DNA of 64,000 bases, taken from positions 84,126 through 148,125 of IMG/VR virus record IMGVR_UViG_3300045988_116230; one strand, given 5' to 3'. Both the position numbers and the translations under genes were made by a program. Source of the DNA: a virus. Each line of letters begins with the position of its first letter. Within the stretch, counting starts at the first letter, position 1. Shown in pieces: positions 1 through 10,074 of this stretch. The notes beneath the pieces were generated by a model. That model was not told the origin of the DNA and ran no database searches. It saw only the letters and a list, made by a program, of their open reading frames with translations.

Positions 1-1
1 T

Positions 2-109
2 CAAGGCAATCAGGATGTGATGAATATGGGTGATTATTCTACACCTTATTTGAAGAGCTTGGAGGATGATGAAGAAGATAAATATAAAAAGAGAAGGAGA
101 AATAGCTGA
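2..109 (+). CDS. 3' end of an upstream gene (partial; ...KYKKRRRNS*); stop overlaps the next ATG (ATGA)
   Basis: open frame from window edge; TGA at 107-109 overlapping ATG 109. Confidence 0.3.
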   Translation, partial: QGNQDVMNMGDYSTPYLKSLEDDEEDKYKKRRRNS

Positions 110-3099
110 TGGCTTCACAATATAGTATTTTAAGGCAATATGCCCCGTATGTTAGTCCTTACAACATAGATCTTGTTAAGGACGTCATGATGTACAAACA
201 GCAGAAGGTTGATGCTGCTCGTGAAAAGATCTATACCCAGGTAGATTATCTTATGGGTCAAGAGATAGATAAGCCTGAAGCCCGCGCTTATATGGAAGAT
301 AAGATGTCAGGTGTGATTGCTAACATCAATCAAAAATTCAAAGGCGTGGATCTTTCTTCTGATGGTGTTACGAGAGCTATACAAGGAGAGATCAGTTCGG
401 TGTTGGATGATACGGTCATTAACGCTATTGCCGGAACAAAAGAAGGCAGGAGAATGCATAAAATGATTTCTGATTTACAAATAAACAATCCGGAACTTTA
501 TTCTGCCGCGAATGCTTATGCGGCTTTAAAGCCGTATAATGAATGGGTAAATGATGGAAAGGCTGGTTCCCGTCTTGCTCCTCTTCAATATACTCCTTAT
601 ACTGATTATAATAAGGAACTAAAAGATAGGATAGAATTTATAAGTAAGCTTCATAAAGGAGCTAAAGTTCAGATGCCTATTCTTGATAAGGATGGTCATC
701 CTACTGGGGCAGTACAAGAAGTAACTAAGGATATGCTTACTCCTGAACAGATAGCTTCTTTTGCATTGTCAGGATTATCAGATAAAGCAAGGCAGCAGAT
801 GCAGGTGGAGGCTATTTACATGGTAGACTCTAATCCGTCTTTGTATTCGTATGATTCTGTTCTTGGTTTTATGAATAAGCAGATAAGTGATAAGCAGAGG
901 TATGTTGATGCTCTTACTGCCGATCTTTCCGGTTTGGGTTCTGATCCTGCAAAGAAAGAAATGGTTGAAAATGAAATAAAGAGAGCCAAATCTGAAATAG
1001 CTTCCATGAAATCTGAATTTAGCAGAATGGATGAAAGGGCTTACGATCCGTATCTTGGAGCGATGAAGGTTATTGAAAATAATTTTATTAATAATGCTGC
1101 TGCTTCATATGCTTATGATAATTCGTCTTTCATAATCAAAGCCGACGAGCTTTACTGGAAAACCAAAGAATATAATCAGAGGGAAAGATTAGCTAATTTG
1201 AATTTCGAAAAATGGGAGATAGAATTTGAATATGGTAAGAATAAGGATGAAGCCAGATTTGGATTAGACGAAGAACGTCTGAAGATGCAGAATAGGCTTA
1301 ATGAAGCCAGAATAGCAAAACTTATGTCCTCTGGTGCAGGAGCGGCAGGCGGCAGAGCTGGAAGCCGAGCCATGCAGGTGGGCGTTGGCACAAACTCTGG
1401 TGGAACTATTTCAGCTAATCCTATCGAAACTAAAAATATTAGCATATCAGAAGAAACTCATAAGAAGTTTAATAAGGCATATACAGATCTTGTAACATCC
1501 GGAAGTAGACTATCTACAGCCCTTGGTGCTGAAAACATGAAAAATATTCAAGCTGCTATATCAAGAAATATGACAGATGAAACATCAGGATACAAGTATC
1601 TTATGGATGAAGAAAAACTTCTTAAGTACATAAAGGACAATGGAGGTCTTTCTAATGATATGTTTGATAAGCTACCTATGGCAGAGAGAAAAGCTGCTAC
1701 AGACGCTTATATGCAGCTTAATAGTGCTGTAGACAAGATGGATATAGAGAATGATAGAATTAAGAAGGAGAACAGGATTTATGATAATATTGTATCTGAA
1801 ATAGCAAATGCGATCGCGCAGAAGGAAGGAGGTAAACCCGAAGAATATATAGCCTATGCTACAGCGTTATCCCTTAATGATATTTTAAGAAAAAATAGAG
1901 GTACAGTCGGCGATGTAGAATCTGGAGTAAGATATTATGAAAAAGGATTCTCGCCTGCTGATATAGCTACTATAAGAAAGAGGGTGAAAAATGATGGCAT
2001 TGATTTATCTAAAGTATTTGAGAGGGATAGCAAAAGTGGCAGGTATTTCTTAAAAAAATACGATGATGTAAAAAATAGTTTCTCGGATGGTGAAGAAAAG
2101 GTGTTTTTTAATGCACTGTATTCTATTAGTGGAATGGAGGTCGTTGGAAACTATGCAGTAAGTGATATTAATATAGCTGATCAAATAACTAAGGTTCAAG
2201 ATGATGGTATAAATGAGATACGTAAAGAATATCTCGAACTGTATTCACCTAACACAGTAACGTATTCAACCAAATTAACCTCCAAGGAGGCTGGTTATAG
2301 AGAGATGGGGGTTCTCAGGGATCTATTTACTAAGAAAATGGCAGAGTATCCTGTTGGTAAATCGAAATCATCATCGGCAACTATTGAATCATTTTCTTTG
2401 ACAGAATCGGGAATAGCCGACAATGGAGAGAAGACTTACAGTTTGGTTGCTAATCATACTGGTGAAAGAGAGGAAATAGATATTGTTGAGGTATCTGAAA
2501 CAGAGTTGATAAATAATGGCATAGATCCTGGTATTAATACTCCTTCCGTCGATATAGGTGGATATGAAAGTGGTATTATAAGACCTACATTTGGAAGTGA
2601 TACCAATATGTGGTATCCGAAGATGCTTGAAAATTCAGATATATCACCCGCTTATGCTTCTGTATCTTCAATGATGAAAGTGTTATCGGATATGATAAAT
2701 GAATCTGGTAATAATTTAGATGATATGCCAGAACAAAAGGTTTGGCTTCTTAATGCAGCTAAAGATATATTGGATAACAGTGGAAAGCTTGGTGTAAAGG
2801 TTGAAGGTTATGATCCTAAGACAAGTTACGGTTATGGATATGAGACAAGGCTTTATCTTATGGAGAATGGTAAACCTGAGTTAATAGATTCGTTTGATAC
2901 TCCTAATGTATGGTTTGCGGATAATGTGTCTAAAGAACTTGCTGTTGCGCCTCAGAAAAAAATAGTTGATTTTGTTGTGGCAGCCATAACAGAAGAGATT
3001 AAGGATATGGTGGCAGCAAAAGAAGGAGGTAATTTGCCTACGTCTTTGAATAAAAACGGCAAGTTGATGAAGTTGTTGAATAGTGTAAATAGGGAATAA
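109..3099 (+). CDS. large hypothetical protein (996 aa), coiled-coil rich; presumably virion-associated
   Basis: long uninterrupted ORF; AGGAG 12 nt upstream; no recognisable catalytic motif. Confidence 0.6.
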   Translation: MASQYSILRQYAPYVSPYNIDLVKDVMMYKQQKVDAAREKIYTQVDYLMGQEIDKPEARAYMEDKMSGVIANINQKFKGVDLSSDGVTRAIQGEISSVLDDTVINAIAGTKEGRRMHKMISDLQINNPELYSAANAYAALKPYNEWVNDGKAGSRLAPLQYTPYTDYNKELKDRIEFISKLHKGAKVQMPILDKDGHPTGAVQEVTKDMLTPEQIASFALSGLSDKARQQMQVEAIYMVDSNPSLYSYDSVLGFMNKQISDKQRYVDALTADLSGLGSDPAKKEMVENEIKRAKSEIASMKSEFSRMDERAYDPYLGAMKVIENNFINNAAASYAYDNSSFIIKADELYWKTKEYNQRERLANLNFEKWEIEFEYGKNKDEARFGLDEERLKMQNRLNEARIAKLMSSGAGAAGGRAGSRAMQVGVGTNSGGTISANPIETKNISISEETHKKFNKAYTDLVTSGSRLSTALGAENMKNIQAAISRNMTDETSGYKYLMDEEKLLKYIKDNGGLSNDMFDKLPMAERKAATDAYMQLNSAVDKMDIENDRIKKENRIYDNIVSEIANAIAQKEGGKPEEYIAYATALSLNDILRKNRGTVGDVESGVRYYEKGFSPADIATIRKRVKNDGIDLSKVFERDSKSGRYFLKKYDDVKNSFSDGEEKVFFNALYSISGMEVVGNYAVSDINIADQITKVQDDGINEIRKEYLELYSPNTVTYSTKLTSKEAGYREMGVLRDLFTKKMAEYPVGKSKSSSATIESFSLTESGIADNGEKTYSLVANHTGEREEIDIVEVSETELINNGIDPGINTPSVDIGGYESGIIRPTFGSDTNMWYPKMLENSDISPAYASVSSMMKVLSDMINESGNNLDDMPEQKVWLLNAAKDILDNSGKLGVKVEGYDPKTSYGYGYETRLYLMENGKPELIDSFDTPNVWFADNVSKELAVAPQKKIVDFVVAAITEEIKDMVAAKEGGNLPTSLNKNGKLMKLLNSVNRE

Positions 3100-3102
3100 T
3101 AT

Positions 3103-6100
3103 ATGGAAAATAAGGAACAGACATTGGTAGAGAAATCAGGTTTCTTACCATCTACTGGATTGAGAGGGTATAATGCCGGAGTTCCTACGCGATATGAAGA
3201 AGAATCTTCTCTTATTGAGGGAGCAAAAAGAGAGATGGAGAGGATGAAAGTAGGTTCATATACTCCCCCGGTATCAGCCATAAATCCTGATGATGATTCA
3301 GAAAAAGGATATGATATTAGCGGAATAGATACTTCTTTTGATGTAGACACATCTTTTTCTGGACTAAAATCGGCTCTGAATGGTGGAGATGATCCAAGAA
3401 AGAAGAAAGAGGAGTCTTATAATAAGTTAAATTCCATGATAAAATCTATTCAAGATAAATCAAGGAATACTTATTCTGGTAAACAAACGTCTTATGGTGA
3501 GGTTATAGCTGGTAATCAACAGTCATCTGCTGCTGATTTTGGTGTATTTGGTAAAGGAAGAACTATTAAGTTAGATGAAGCATATGACTTTTTATCCGAT
3601 GGGAACATCGGTCTTGCAAAGTTTAAAAGTTATATGCCAGGAAGGGATAATGAAGATTATTACGGAAGAAGTCAAACTACTTGGAATAAGGCTGTTAATG
3701 GCATAGGGAAGCTTGTCACAAAAACAGCATTATATGGTGTATCAGGAGTAGTAGGTATTATCCCGGCTGCGTATAATCTTATAAAGACTGGTACGTTATC
3801 TTCTGCATTTGACAATGATTTTACACGAACCATAAATGATATAGATGAAAGAATAAACCACTCTCTTCCTCATTATTATACAAGAGAAGAACGTGATATG
3901 GGATTTTTGCAGAGTCTTGGAACTGCAAATTTTATTTTTAATGATGTTATTGGAAATGGTCTATCGTTTATGACAGGAGCTATTTTGTCTGCCTACTTTA
4001 CAGGTGGGATGGGTGTGTCAAGTCTTGGAGCTGTTGGTGCTAAAGTAGGGATGAGGGTGGCCGGAAAGATGGCGGCGTCTAAGATTGCGGCAAGTGCTGT
4101 AAAATCTGCTTTTGGAGCGTATAGGGCAGGAGCGATGTACGGCAGGGCCATAGGCAATATGGCCAAGGTAGGAGTAAATACGTTTGTGGGCGCCGGCTGG
4201 GAGTCTGCCGTGGAGGCTCAGTCCTTTATGAAAGACTCTGAAAGTAAATACAAGGAATATTTTAAAAATATGTATGGTCGGAATCCTAATCAGTCTGAGA
4301 TGGCTGAATTTAAGAGTTCTATTTCCGATACGGCAAACAGCATATTTTTAGCTAATATGGGTATAGTTGGATTATCCAATTATCTTCTTCTGGGAAAATA
4401 TCTTGGAGTAGACACTGGTTTTGCTTCTAAATACATACCTGGATTAAAGGGTGTATCAAACACATATAGGGGATCAAAGAGTTTTGTAGATCGCTATTTG
4501 TTTGGATTAGGGACTAAGAAGGTAGCGGGTGATGCTGGAAGATTACAGACGGTAAAAGCAAATTTATTCCAGAAATCCTTAGCTACTATTTGGAATGTAT
4601 CTAAAAGACCCATATCTGAAGGTGTATGGGAGGAAGGCATGCAAGGTGTTGCTCAGCGCATGGGAGAAGATTTTATTAGATCAAGATATGATAAGACGTA
4701 TCTTGATGCTACGTCTTCTATAGTTGATTCTTTTTCTAAGGCCATAGCTGAACAATTTACAACCAAAGAAGGATTGAAAGAGATTGGCACAGGAGCCCTG
4801 ATTGGTGGTTTATTTGGAGCCAGAAATGGTGCTTTTGGTTTATATGAAAGGAGAAATAAAGAGCGTACTATTAATACTGATGTTGAGAAATTTAATAGTA
4901 ATAATGCTTTTACTTCTCAATCCGTAAAAGACTCTATGCGAAATTTAGCCGAATTTAATGCTCAAATGAATGATCCTGAATCAGATTATTATTCTAAATT
5001 TGAATTATCTGACAGAATGGGAATGTTAGAGGATACGGCTAACAATTTCAGGTCAATGGTTAAAAGCCTTGACGAAAATGAGTTGGCTTCTGAAATGAAA
5101 GTAGATGAAGAAACTGTTAAAAAATACAAGGAAGATATTATAAAAGATTTTGATAAGAAGTTAGCCAATTATAAAAAAGCTTCTTCTTTTGCTGAGGCTA
5201 TTACTGCTGAGACTTCATCTGATCTTTATCGATCTAATGTTGCTAATGCTGTGTTTAAGGGGTTGGATGCAGAAGATATAGCAATGGAAGCATCAAATGA
5301 TATTGCTGATTATGTAAATGACAATAATTTGTTTGATGATATAAATACGTTTTATTCATTATCAAGTCAAGCTTTTGATACAGTTAATCAGTTAAGGGAA
5401 TTGCGTAATGAGATCAATGATCTGAATGCTGAAATAGAGAGGTTGGCTACAACTCCGAGAAGAGTAGAGGATGGCAATGATACCGAAGCAGAGGCTATAA
5501 AACAAAAAACTATTAAATACGATAATCTTAATAAGGAATATAGAAGGTTGTCAGAAGATCTTCTTAGTAGTTATAAAGAAGTATTTTATTCTTTTGATCC
5601 TGGAGTATTAGCTCTTGAGTTGTTTAAATCCGAAACAATAACTGCTGAAGATATATTGAAAGCTTATGACTCTGTAGCTTCTTTAAGTACTTATATTGAG
5701 AATAATAAAGGGAAGAAAGAAGCAGAGGATTTAAGAAATATGGTGGTGAAATACCAGAAAGCCATTACCCAATATAAGGTTTTACGGTCATTTATGAACT
5801 CCATACAGGATAAGAAATTCATGAGACATGATTTTTCTTTATTTTCTAAGTTCTTAAATGATATGGTATCTTCTAATACTAAATCTATAGAAAGTGATCG
5901 TTTTTACCAGACAGAGGGTAATAATATCAGTTTGGATGAAAAAATAGATGAGCTTCTGAATAATGGAGAAATAAATTCAGATGAAGCATTTACCATGAAA
6001 GTATTTGGTCATCTAAACGATGGTATAACTCAGAAGCCGAAAGAAGATATATTGTCTGATTTTGATTATGAGTCGGCAATGGAAGATCTTTTGTCTGCAC

Positions 6101-9100
6101 CTATAGAGGTTAAAGAACGTATCGTAGATAAGATATATACAGGTAATCAAGATCTTTTATCTCCAAGGGAGAAGGAGATATATGAAAAGTATAAACAGGA
6201 TATTGATGATTATATATCAAATCTTGGTGATAGTCCGGCTAAGATGATAAAAGATTTATCAGATAAAGTTAGGAGACTTACTGAACATCGATCTGTGTAT
6301 GAGGATAATAAAGCTATTATTGATATGGCTAAATCCAATTTGGAACCAGATCAAAGGAAGGAACTTGATGATGCTATTTCTTCGTATGTTGATATAATGA
6401 ACAGACGGGATAAAGGGGAGAAGGTTGACGAAGATAAGCTTGCCGATTCTGTATTTACCATAGAAGATCTTGGCCAGGTTGGAAACATCACAGATCTCCT
6501 TCCTTATATCGAACAAAACAGGATTATTGATAAAGGTCGTATTTCCGAATCTACGTTAAGTAATTTTGGGGAGGATGATACCAATATAGATTCTCTTGTA
6601 AATGAGTTAGATGAATCCGATAATACGCCTGGAGCTAACATAGATAGTGCCCAAAATCCAGAGACGTTGATGGTTAGAAGAATATCCAATGATGGCAACG
6701 AAAGGTATGAAATTGCGGGTCTTAGAGCCGATAAATTTATATCTTCTATAAAATCATTGGTTCCTATTCAAATAAGCTCTGAAACGAACGCTAATGGTAC
6801 TAAAAGGTATTCTCTTAACATAGGTGGAGAAACGGCTACTATAATTGAACTGCCTTATCATGCGAGATGGTCTATAGACAAAGAATCGGCTCGTGTTCTT
6901 AACCGTTACACAGACGTGTCTATTCAGGACGTGGGTAATTCCTATTCTTTGGTTTATAAGCGTCTTGATTCAGATGAATTGGTTCCGTACAGAACGGGTG
7001 TCGGATTCGGAGAGAATGAGGTAGATAAAATAGATCAGGAAGCATTATCTTCTTTGAAAAAAGGAGATAAGGTTAATCTCGAAATAGATGTAAATGATAC
7101 TTATAATCAGTCTCTTTTTGCCGAATACAATGATGCTGTTCAGTCCGGCGATAAAAAAAGAATAGAATCTGCTGAGAATAAACTGGTGTCCAATATGGTT
7201 ATCAAGGTCATGAGTGGGAACAGATTCGTTTCTGTTGTAAAAGCTGATACAGGAGGCATAGATGGTATAAGTAAAATAAGAAGAACGGCTTTTAACAAGT
7301 GGAAGAAAGATGCTGGTCGGTCGGCTACCATCAGCGTCGGCACGCATGTTGTTGCCCAGACTCTTCCCGGAAGACCGGTGTTTAACATGAAGGTGAACGG
7401 TCAAGGATATGGCCAGATAGAAAATCTCCCTATTACCGAAAAAGGTGCTGAAAAAGTATCTGATGTCGGATATGTATTAAATGGCAAAGTCGTGCTTAAG
7501 AACGGATCTAAATACACAGGATTCCCATTTGCTTATTCTATATTAAATGACAAGGGGAATAATTACAAAAATATAAGAGTTCCGGTAGTTGTTATCAAGG
7601 GTAAAAACGGTCTTAATTATCTTTTCCCGGTTAGTCTACGTTCTGTAGAATCAGAGGAAGGGCAGAAATGGATGTCTTTTATAGATATGCTGCTTGAATC
7701 TGGTGATTCTGAATTGTCACAGATGGGTCAAGATGATATACAAGATCTTAATGCGTATCTAACCAAGTTAGGTCTTGATCCGGCTTCGTATCAAGTATCG
7801 TACTTGAATCCTATTTCAGGGCTTAGAAAAGCTCGTGAGGCTATAGAAAAATTATCTACGGTTCCTGATGTTGTTAAGTGGGTAGAAGATGGAAGTAGGA
7901 GTGTTAAAGACATTGTGACGTCTGAAGTAGAATCTGGAATAGATTTTGAAGGTGAGATGTTTGTTGCTCCTAAGATCAGGATCCAGTTTGGTAAATCATC
8001 TTCCAGACCTAAATCACTTATAGAGGACGATCTTCCTTTCTCTGATGAGGGTAAGACCGTTACTTCTAAGGTAGAAGATGTGGAAGTTTATGAAGAGGAA
8101 ATGCCAGAGGAAGGGGCTGCCCGGGAGACTCAGCCGGCGCCACCGGCTCAACCGGCTCCTGCGGCACAAGCTACGCAGTCTTTACCTGGCAAGAAGCGTA
8201 CCTCCAGGAAAAACTTCTCTCTTATGTTAAACGAAATAGAATCTCATATAGAAAAAGAAGGATTGCCGCCTTATGCTAATATTTTTGATTTTATAGCAAG
8301 GAAGATTGTAGGAGGTGACTTGAGGTTTCTTCGTGAGAGAGGTAATCCTAAAAGTCTTAAGGAGGAAATGGGATTAGAACCTAAAGGAACAGTAGGTGAT
8401 AAAATATCCACTCCTTCCAGTAAAGGTGGTAAGACCTTAGAAGAATACGTTTCTTGGCTTCGTTCTCAAACAGATCAGGTGGTGGTTGATTATGTTGGGC
8501 CAAGATCTGATGAACAAATTATATCAGAGTTGAAAAACTTTTTGAAATATATTAATTTTGTTCCAAGTAAGGCTTTAAATTATTCTCTTAGAGTCAATGG
8601 CATGGATACCCTAAAAGAATATGGCACAAAAGAGGAAGTAGAAAAAATGGAATCTGATATCAATAGTTTGGTTTCTAAAGTTTTGCCTACGGTGGATAAT
8701 AAAACTGTAGAAGATGTTTCTACTGCAATAAAATCAAACAACTTGCCTGCCATATGGAGGCCCGTGGAAAGCCTTGATATGACAAACGAGGAAAAAATAG
8801 AGTTTTTGAATAACGTAGCAGATTTCCTTAGCGGCATACCAGAGTATGCCGCTGTTGTGGAGTCTATAGAGTCAGAATCAGATAATATTTTAAATGATGG
8901 AAAAGAAGGAAGTGCAGAAGGCGGTGCAGTACGCACTGAGGAAGATGGCGATAAAAAGGGAGATGGAGAAGGCAAAGGACAATCCAGAACAAATGTCGAA
9001 GTTGAAGGAAATGTCGAATTACCTGGATCTACAAAAGGAGAAATAGAAAAAGACGAACCTCGTATATCCGAAGAACCGCTTACTCACATATCAAGGGTAA

Positions 9101-9513
9101 CATCTCCTTATTTCTTGTACGGCGGTGATGAAGCATATACATCTGTTCCGGCTAAGGTAGAACCTATACCAGAGAAGATAATGGGTTGTAATGGCATTAA
9201 ATTTGGTATGAGTGTAGTCGAGTTAACCAAATTAGGGTACAAAAAAGCTGGTGGAAACTGGATATATAAATTCTATATGAACTCAGGTGTGTATGATTTG
9301 TATAATATCAGTACCGGTGAAGCGTTTGGGGCAAAACCGGATCTTGGAGTTAAGATAAGTTCCAGTGCATTCATCCGCTCTTTATCTCAATCTGGTAGAA
9401 AAATACAAAATATGATGAGTAATATGAGCCAGGAAGAGATAGATAGGAATAAGAATCTCGTAGAAGGTTCTGATAATTCGGATTCGATAAATGAGTTAAA
9501 TAAGGAGTGTTGA
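3103..9513 (+). CDS. giant protein (2136 aa) with a Gly/Ala-rich hydrophobic segment (residues ~200-370), long coiled coils, a PAPPAQPAPAAQ linker; tape-measure/ejection-protein-like
   Basis: ORF length; GVSGVVGIIPAAY...GMGVSSLGAVGAKVGMRVAGKMAASKIAASAVKSAFGAY segment typical of membrane-inserting injected/tape-measure proteins. Confidence 0.55.
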   Translation: MENKEQTLVEKSGFLPSTGLRGYNAGVPTRYEEESSLIEGAKREMERMKVGSYTPPVSAINPDDDSEKGYDISGIDTSFDVDTSFSGLKSALNGGDDPRKKKEESYNKLNSMIKSIQDKSRNTYSGKQTSYGEVIAGNQQSSAADFGVFGKGRTIKLDEAYDFLSDGNIGLAKFKSYMPGRDNEDYYGRSQTTWNKAVNGIGKLVTKTALYGVSGVVGIIPAAYNLIKTGTLSSAFDNDFTRTINDIDERINHSLPHYYTREERDMGFLQSLGTANFIFNDVIGNGLSFMTGAILSAYFTGGMGVSSLGAVGAKVGMRVAGKMAASKIAASAVKSAFGAYRAGAMYGRAIGNMAKVGVNTFVGAGWESAVEAQSFMKDSESKYKEYFKNMYGRNPNQSEMAEFKSSISDTANSIFLANMGIVGLSNYLLLGKYLGVDTGFASKYIPGLKGVSNTYRGSKSFVDRYLFGLGTKKVAGDAGRLQTVKANLFQKSLATIWNVSKRPISEGVWEEGMQGVAQRMGEDFIRSRYDKTYLDATSSIVDSFSKAIAEQFTTKEGLKEIGTGALIGGLFGARNGAFGLYERRNKERTINTDVEKFNSNNAFTSQSVKDSMRNLAEFNAQMNDPESDYYSKFELSDRMGMLEDTANNFRSMVKSLDENELASEMKVDEETVKKYKEDIIKDFDKKLANYKKASSFAEAITAETSSDLYRSNVANAVFKGLDAEDIAMEASNDIADYVNDNNLFDDINTFYSLSSQAFDTVNQLRELRNEINDLNAEIERLATTPRRVEDGNDTEAEAIKQKTIKYDNLNKEYRRLSEDLLSSYKEVFYSFDPGVLALELFKSETITAEDILKAYDSVASLSTYIENNKGKKEAEDLRNMVVKYQKAITQYKVLRSFMNSIQDKKFMRHDFSLFSKFLNDMVSSNTKSIESDRFYQTEGNNISLDEKIDELLNNGEINSDEAFTMKVFGHLNDGITQKPKEDILSDFDYESAMEDLLSAPIEVKERIVDKIYTGNQDLLSPREKEIYEKYKQDIDDYISNLGDSPAKMIKDLSDKVRRLTEHRSVYEDNKAIIDMAKSNLEPDQRKELDDAISSYVDIMNRRDKGEKVDEDKLADSVFTIEDLGQVGNITDLLPYIEQNRIIDKGRISESTLSNFGEDDTNIDSLVNELDESDNTPGANIDSAQNPETLMVRRISNDGNERYEIAGLRADKFISSIKSLVPIQISSETNANGTKRYSLNIGGETATIIELPYHARWSIDKESARVLNRYTDVSIQDVGNSYSLVYKRLDSDELVPYRTGVGFGENEVDKIDQEALSSLKKGDKVNLEIDVNDTYNQSLFAEYNDAVQSGDKKRIESAENKLVSNMVIKVMSGNRFVSVVKADTGGIDGISKIRRTAFNKWKKDAGRSATISVGTHVVAQTLPGRPVFNMKVNGQGYGQIENLPITEKGAEKVSDVGYVLNGKVVLKNGSKYTGFPFAYSILNDKGNNYKNIRVPVVVIKGKNGLNYLFPVSLRSVESEEGQKWMSFIDMLLESGDSELSQMGQDDIQDLNAYLTKLGLDPASYQVSYLNPISGLRKAREAIEKLSTVPDVVKWVEDGSRSVKDIVTSEVESGIDFEGEMFVAPKIRIQFGKSSSRPKSLIEDDLPFSDEGKTVTSKVEDVEVYEEEMPEEGAARETQPAPPAQPAPAAQATQSLPGKKRTSRKNFSLMLNEIESHIEKEGLPPYANIFDFIARKIVGGDLRFLRERGNPKSLKEEMGLEPKGTVGDKISTPSSKGGKTLEEYVSWLRSQTDQVVVDYVGPRSDEQIISELKNFLKYINFVPSKALNYSLRVNGMDTLKEYGTKEEVEKMESDINSLVSKVLPTVDNKTVEDVSTAIKSNNLPAIWRPVESLDMTNEEKIEFLNNVADFLSGIPEYAAVVESIESESDNILNDGKEGSAEGGAVRTEEDGDKKGDGEGKGQSRTNVEVEGNVELPGSTKGEIEKDEPRISEEPLTHISRVTSPYFLYGGDEAYTSVPAKVEPIPEKIMGCNGIKFGMSVVELTKLGYKKAGGNWIYKFYMNSGVYDLYNISTGEAFGAKPDLGVKISSSAFIRSLSQSGRKIQNMMSNMSQEEIDRNKNLVEGSDNSDSINELNKEC

Positions 9514-9693
9514 GTATGAGAAGGAGATTTTTTAATGCTGCGGATAATTTCGTGGGAGGATGTTATAATAAGTTATCCAATGAAGATATAAAAAAGGCTT
9601 GGAGGAAAAAGACCTTATGTATGTCAGTTTAATAAAATTCATATACATATAGGACCTGTATTAAAAGATCATGATTCTGATGTTAGTTACATA

Positions 9694-10047
9694 ATGTTTA
9701 ATAGTAATTGGAATTATGGTGGTTATGAATCTATGGTTTATAATCATAGCAATAATGGTATTTTTATATTAGGTGAAAACAAAATTGGTAACATAGAAGA
9801 TCATATACAAGATCTAACATATTGGTACGAATATGATCCAAGCATTAATGAAAATTATTGTTATTTTTATTATGAGGCTAATAACAGCGGAAATGCTATC
9901 AAGTTGAATGGTGAGTTTGGTGATACCAGTACTGTTTTCAACATTCCCAGCTTGGAAGTCACCACTCTTCGTGATGGCAGTTTGAGTTTTCCGGAGATTT
10001 ATATAGAAGGAATTTGGGATCCGTCATTGTATAAGTCGGTTTTATAA
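9694..10047 (+). CDS. hypothetical protein (start may be an internal Met)
   Basis: ORF track; fills gap between large genes. Confidence 0.35.
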   Translation: MFNSNWNYGGYESMVYNHSNNGIFILGENKIGNIEDHIQDLTYWYEYDPSINENYCYFYYEANNSGNAIKLNGEFGDTSTVFNIPSLEVTTLRDGSLSFPEIYIEGIWDPSLYKSVL

Positions 10048-10074
10048 TTAACTTTGCAAAAAAGTTAATTATAA
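10042..10074 (+). promoter_or_regulatory. perfect 12-bp inverted repeat (TTATAATTAACT-9nt-AGTTAATTATAA) spanning the stop codon of the upstream gene and ending in the ATG of the 752-aa gene
   Basis: read directly: ttataattaact ttgcaaaaa agttaattataATG. Confidence 0.5.

Noticed and set aside
816-9513. Short antisense track ORFs inside the giant + strand genes (e.g. 816..1007, 1176..1445, 2952..3350, 6259..6698, 7045..7404, 8580..8975)
   Set aside because: Embedded in long, clearly coding opposite-strand ORFs
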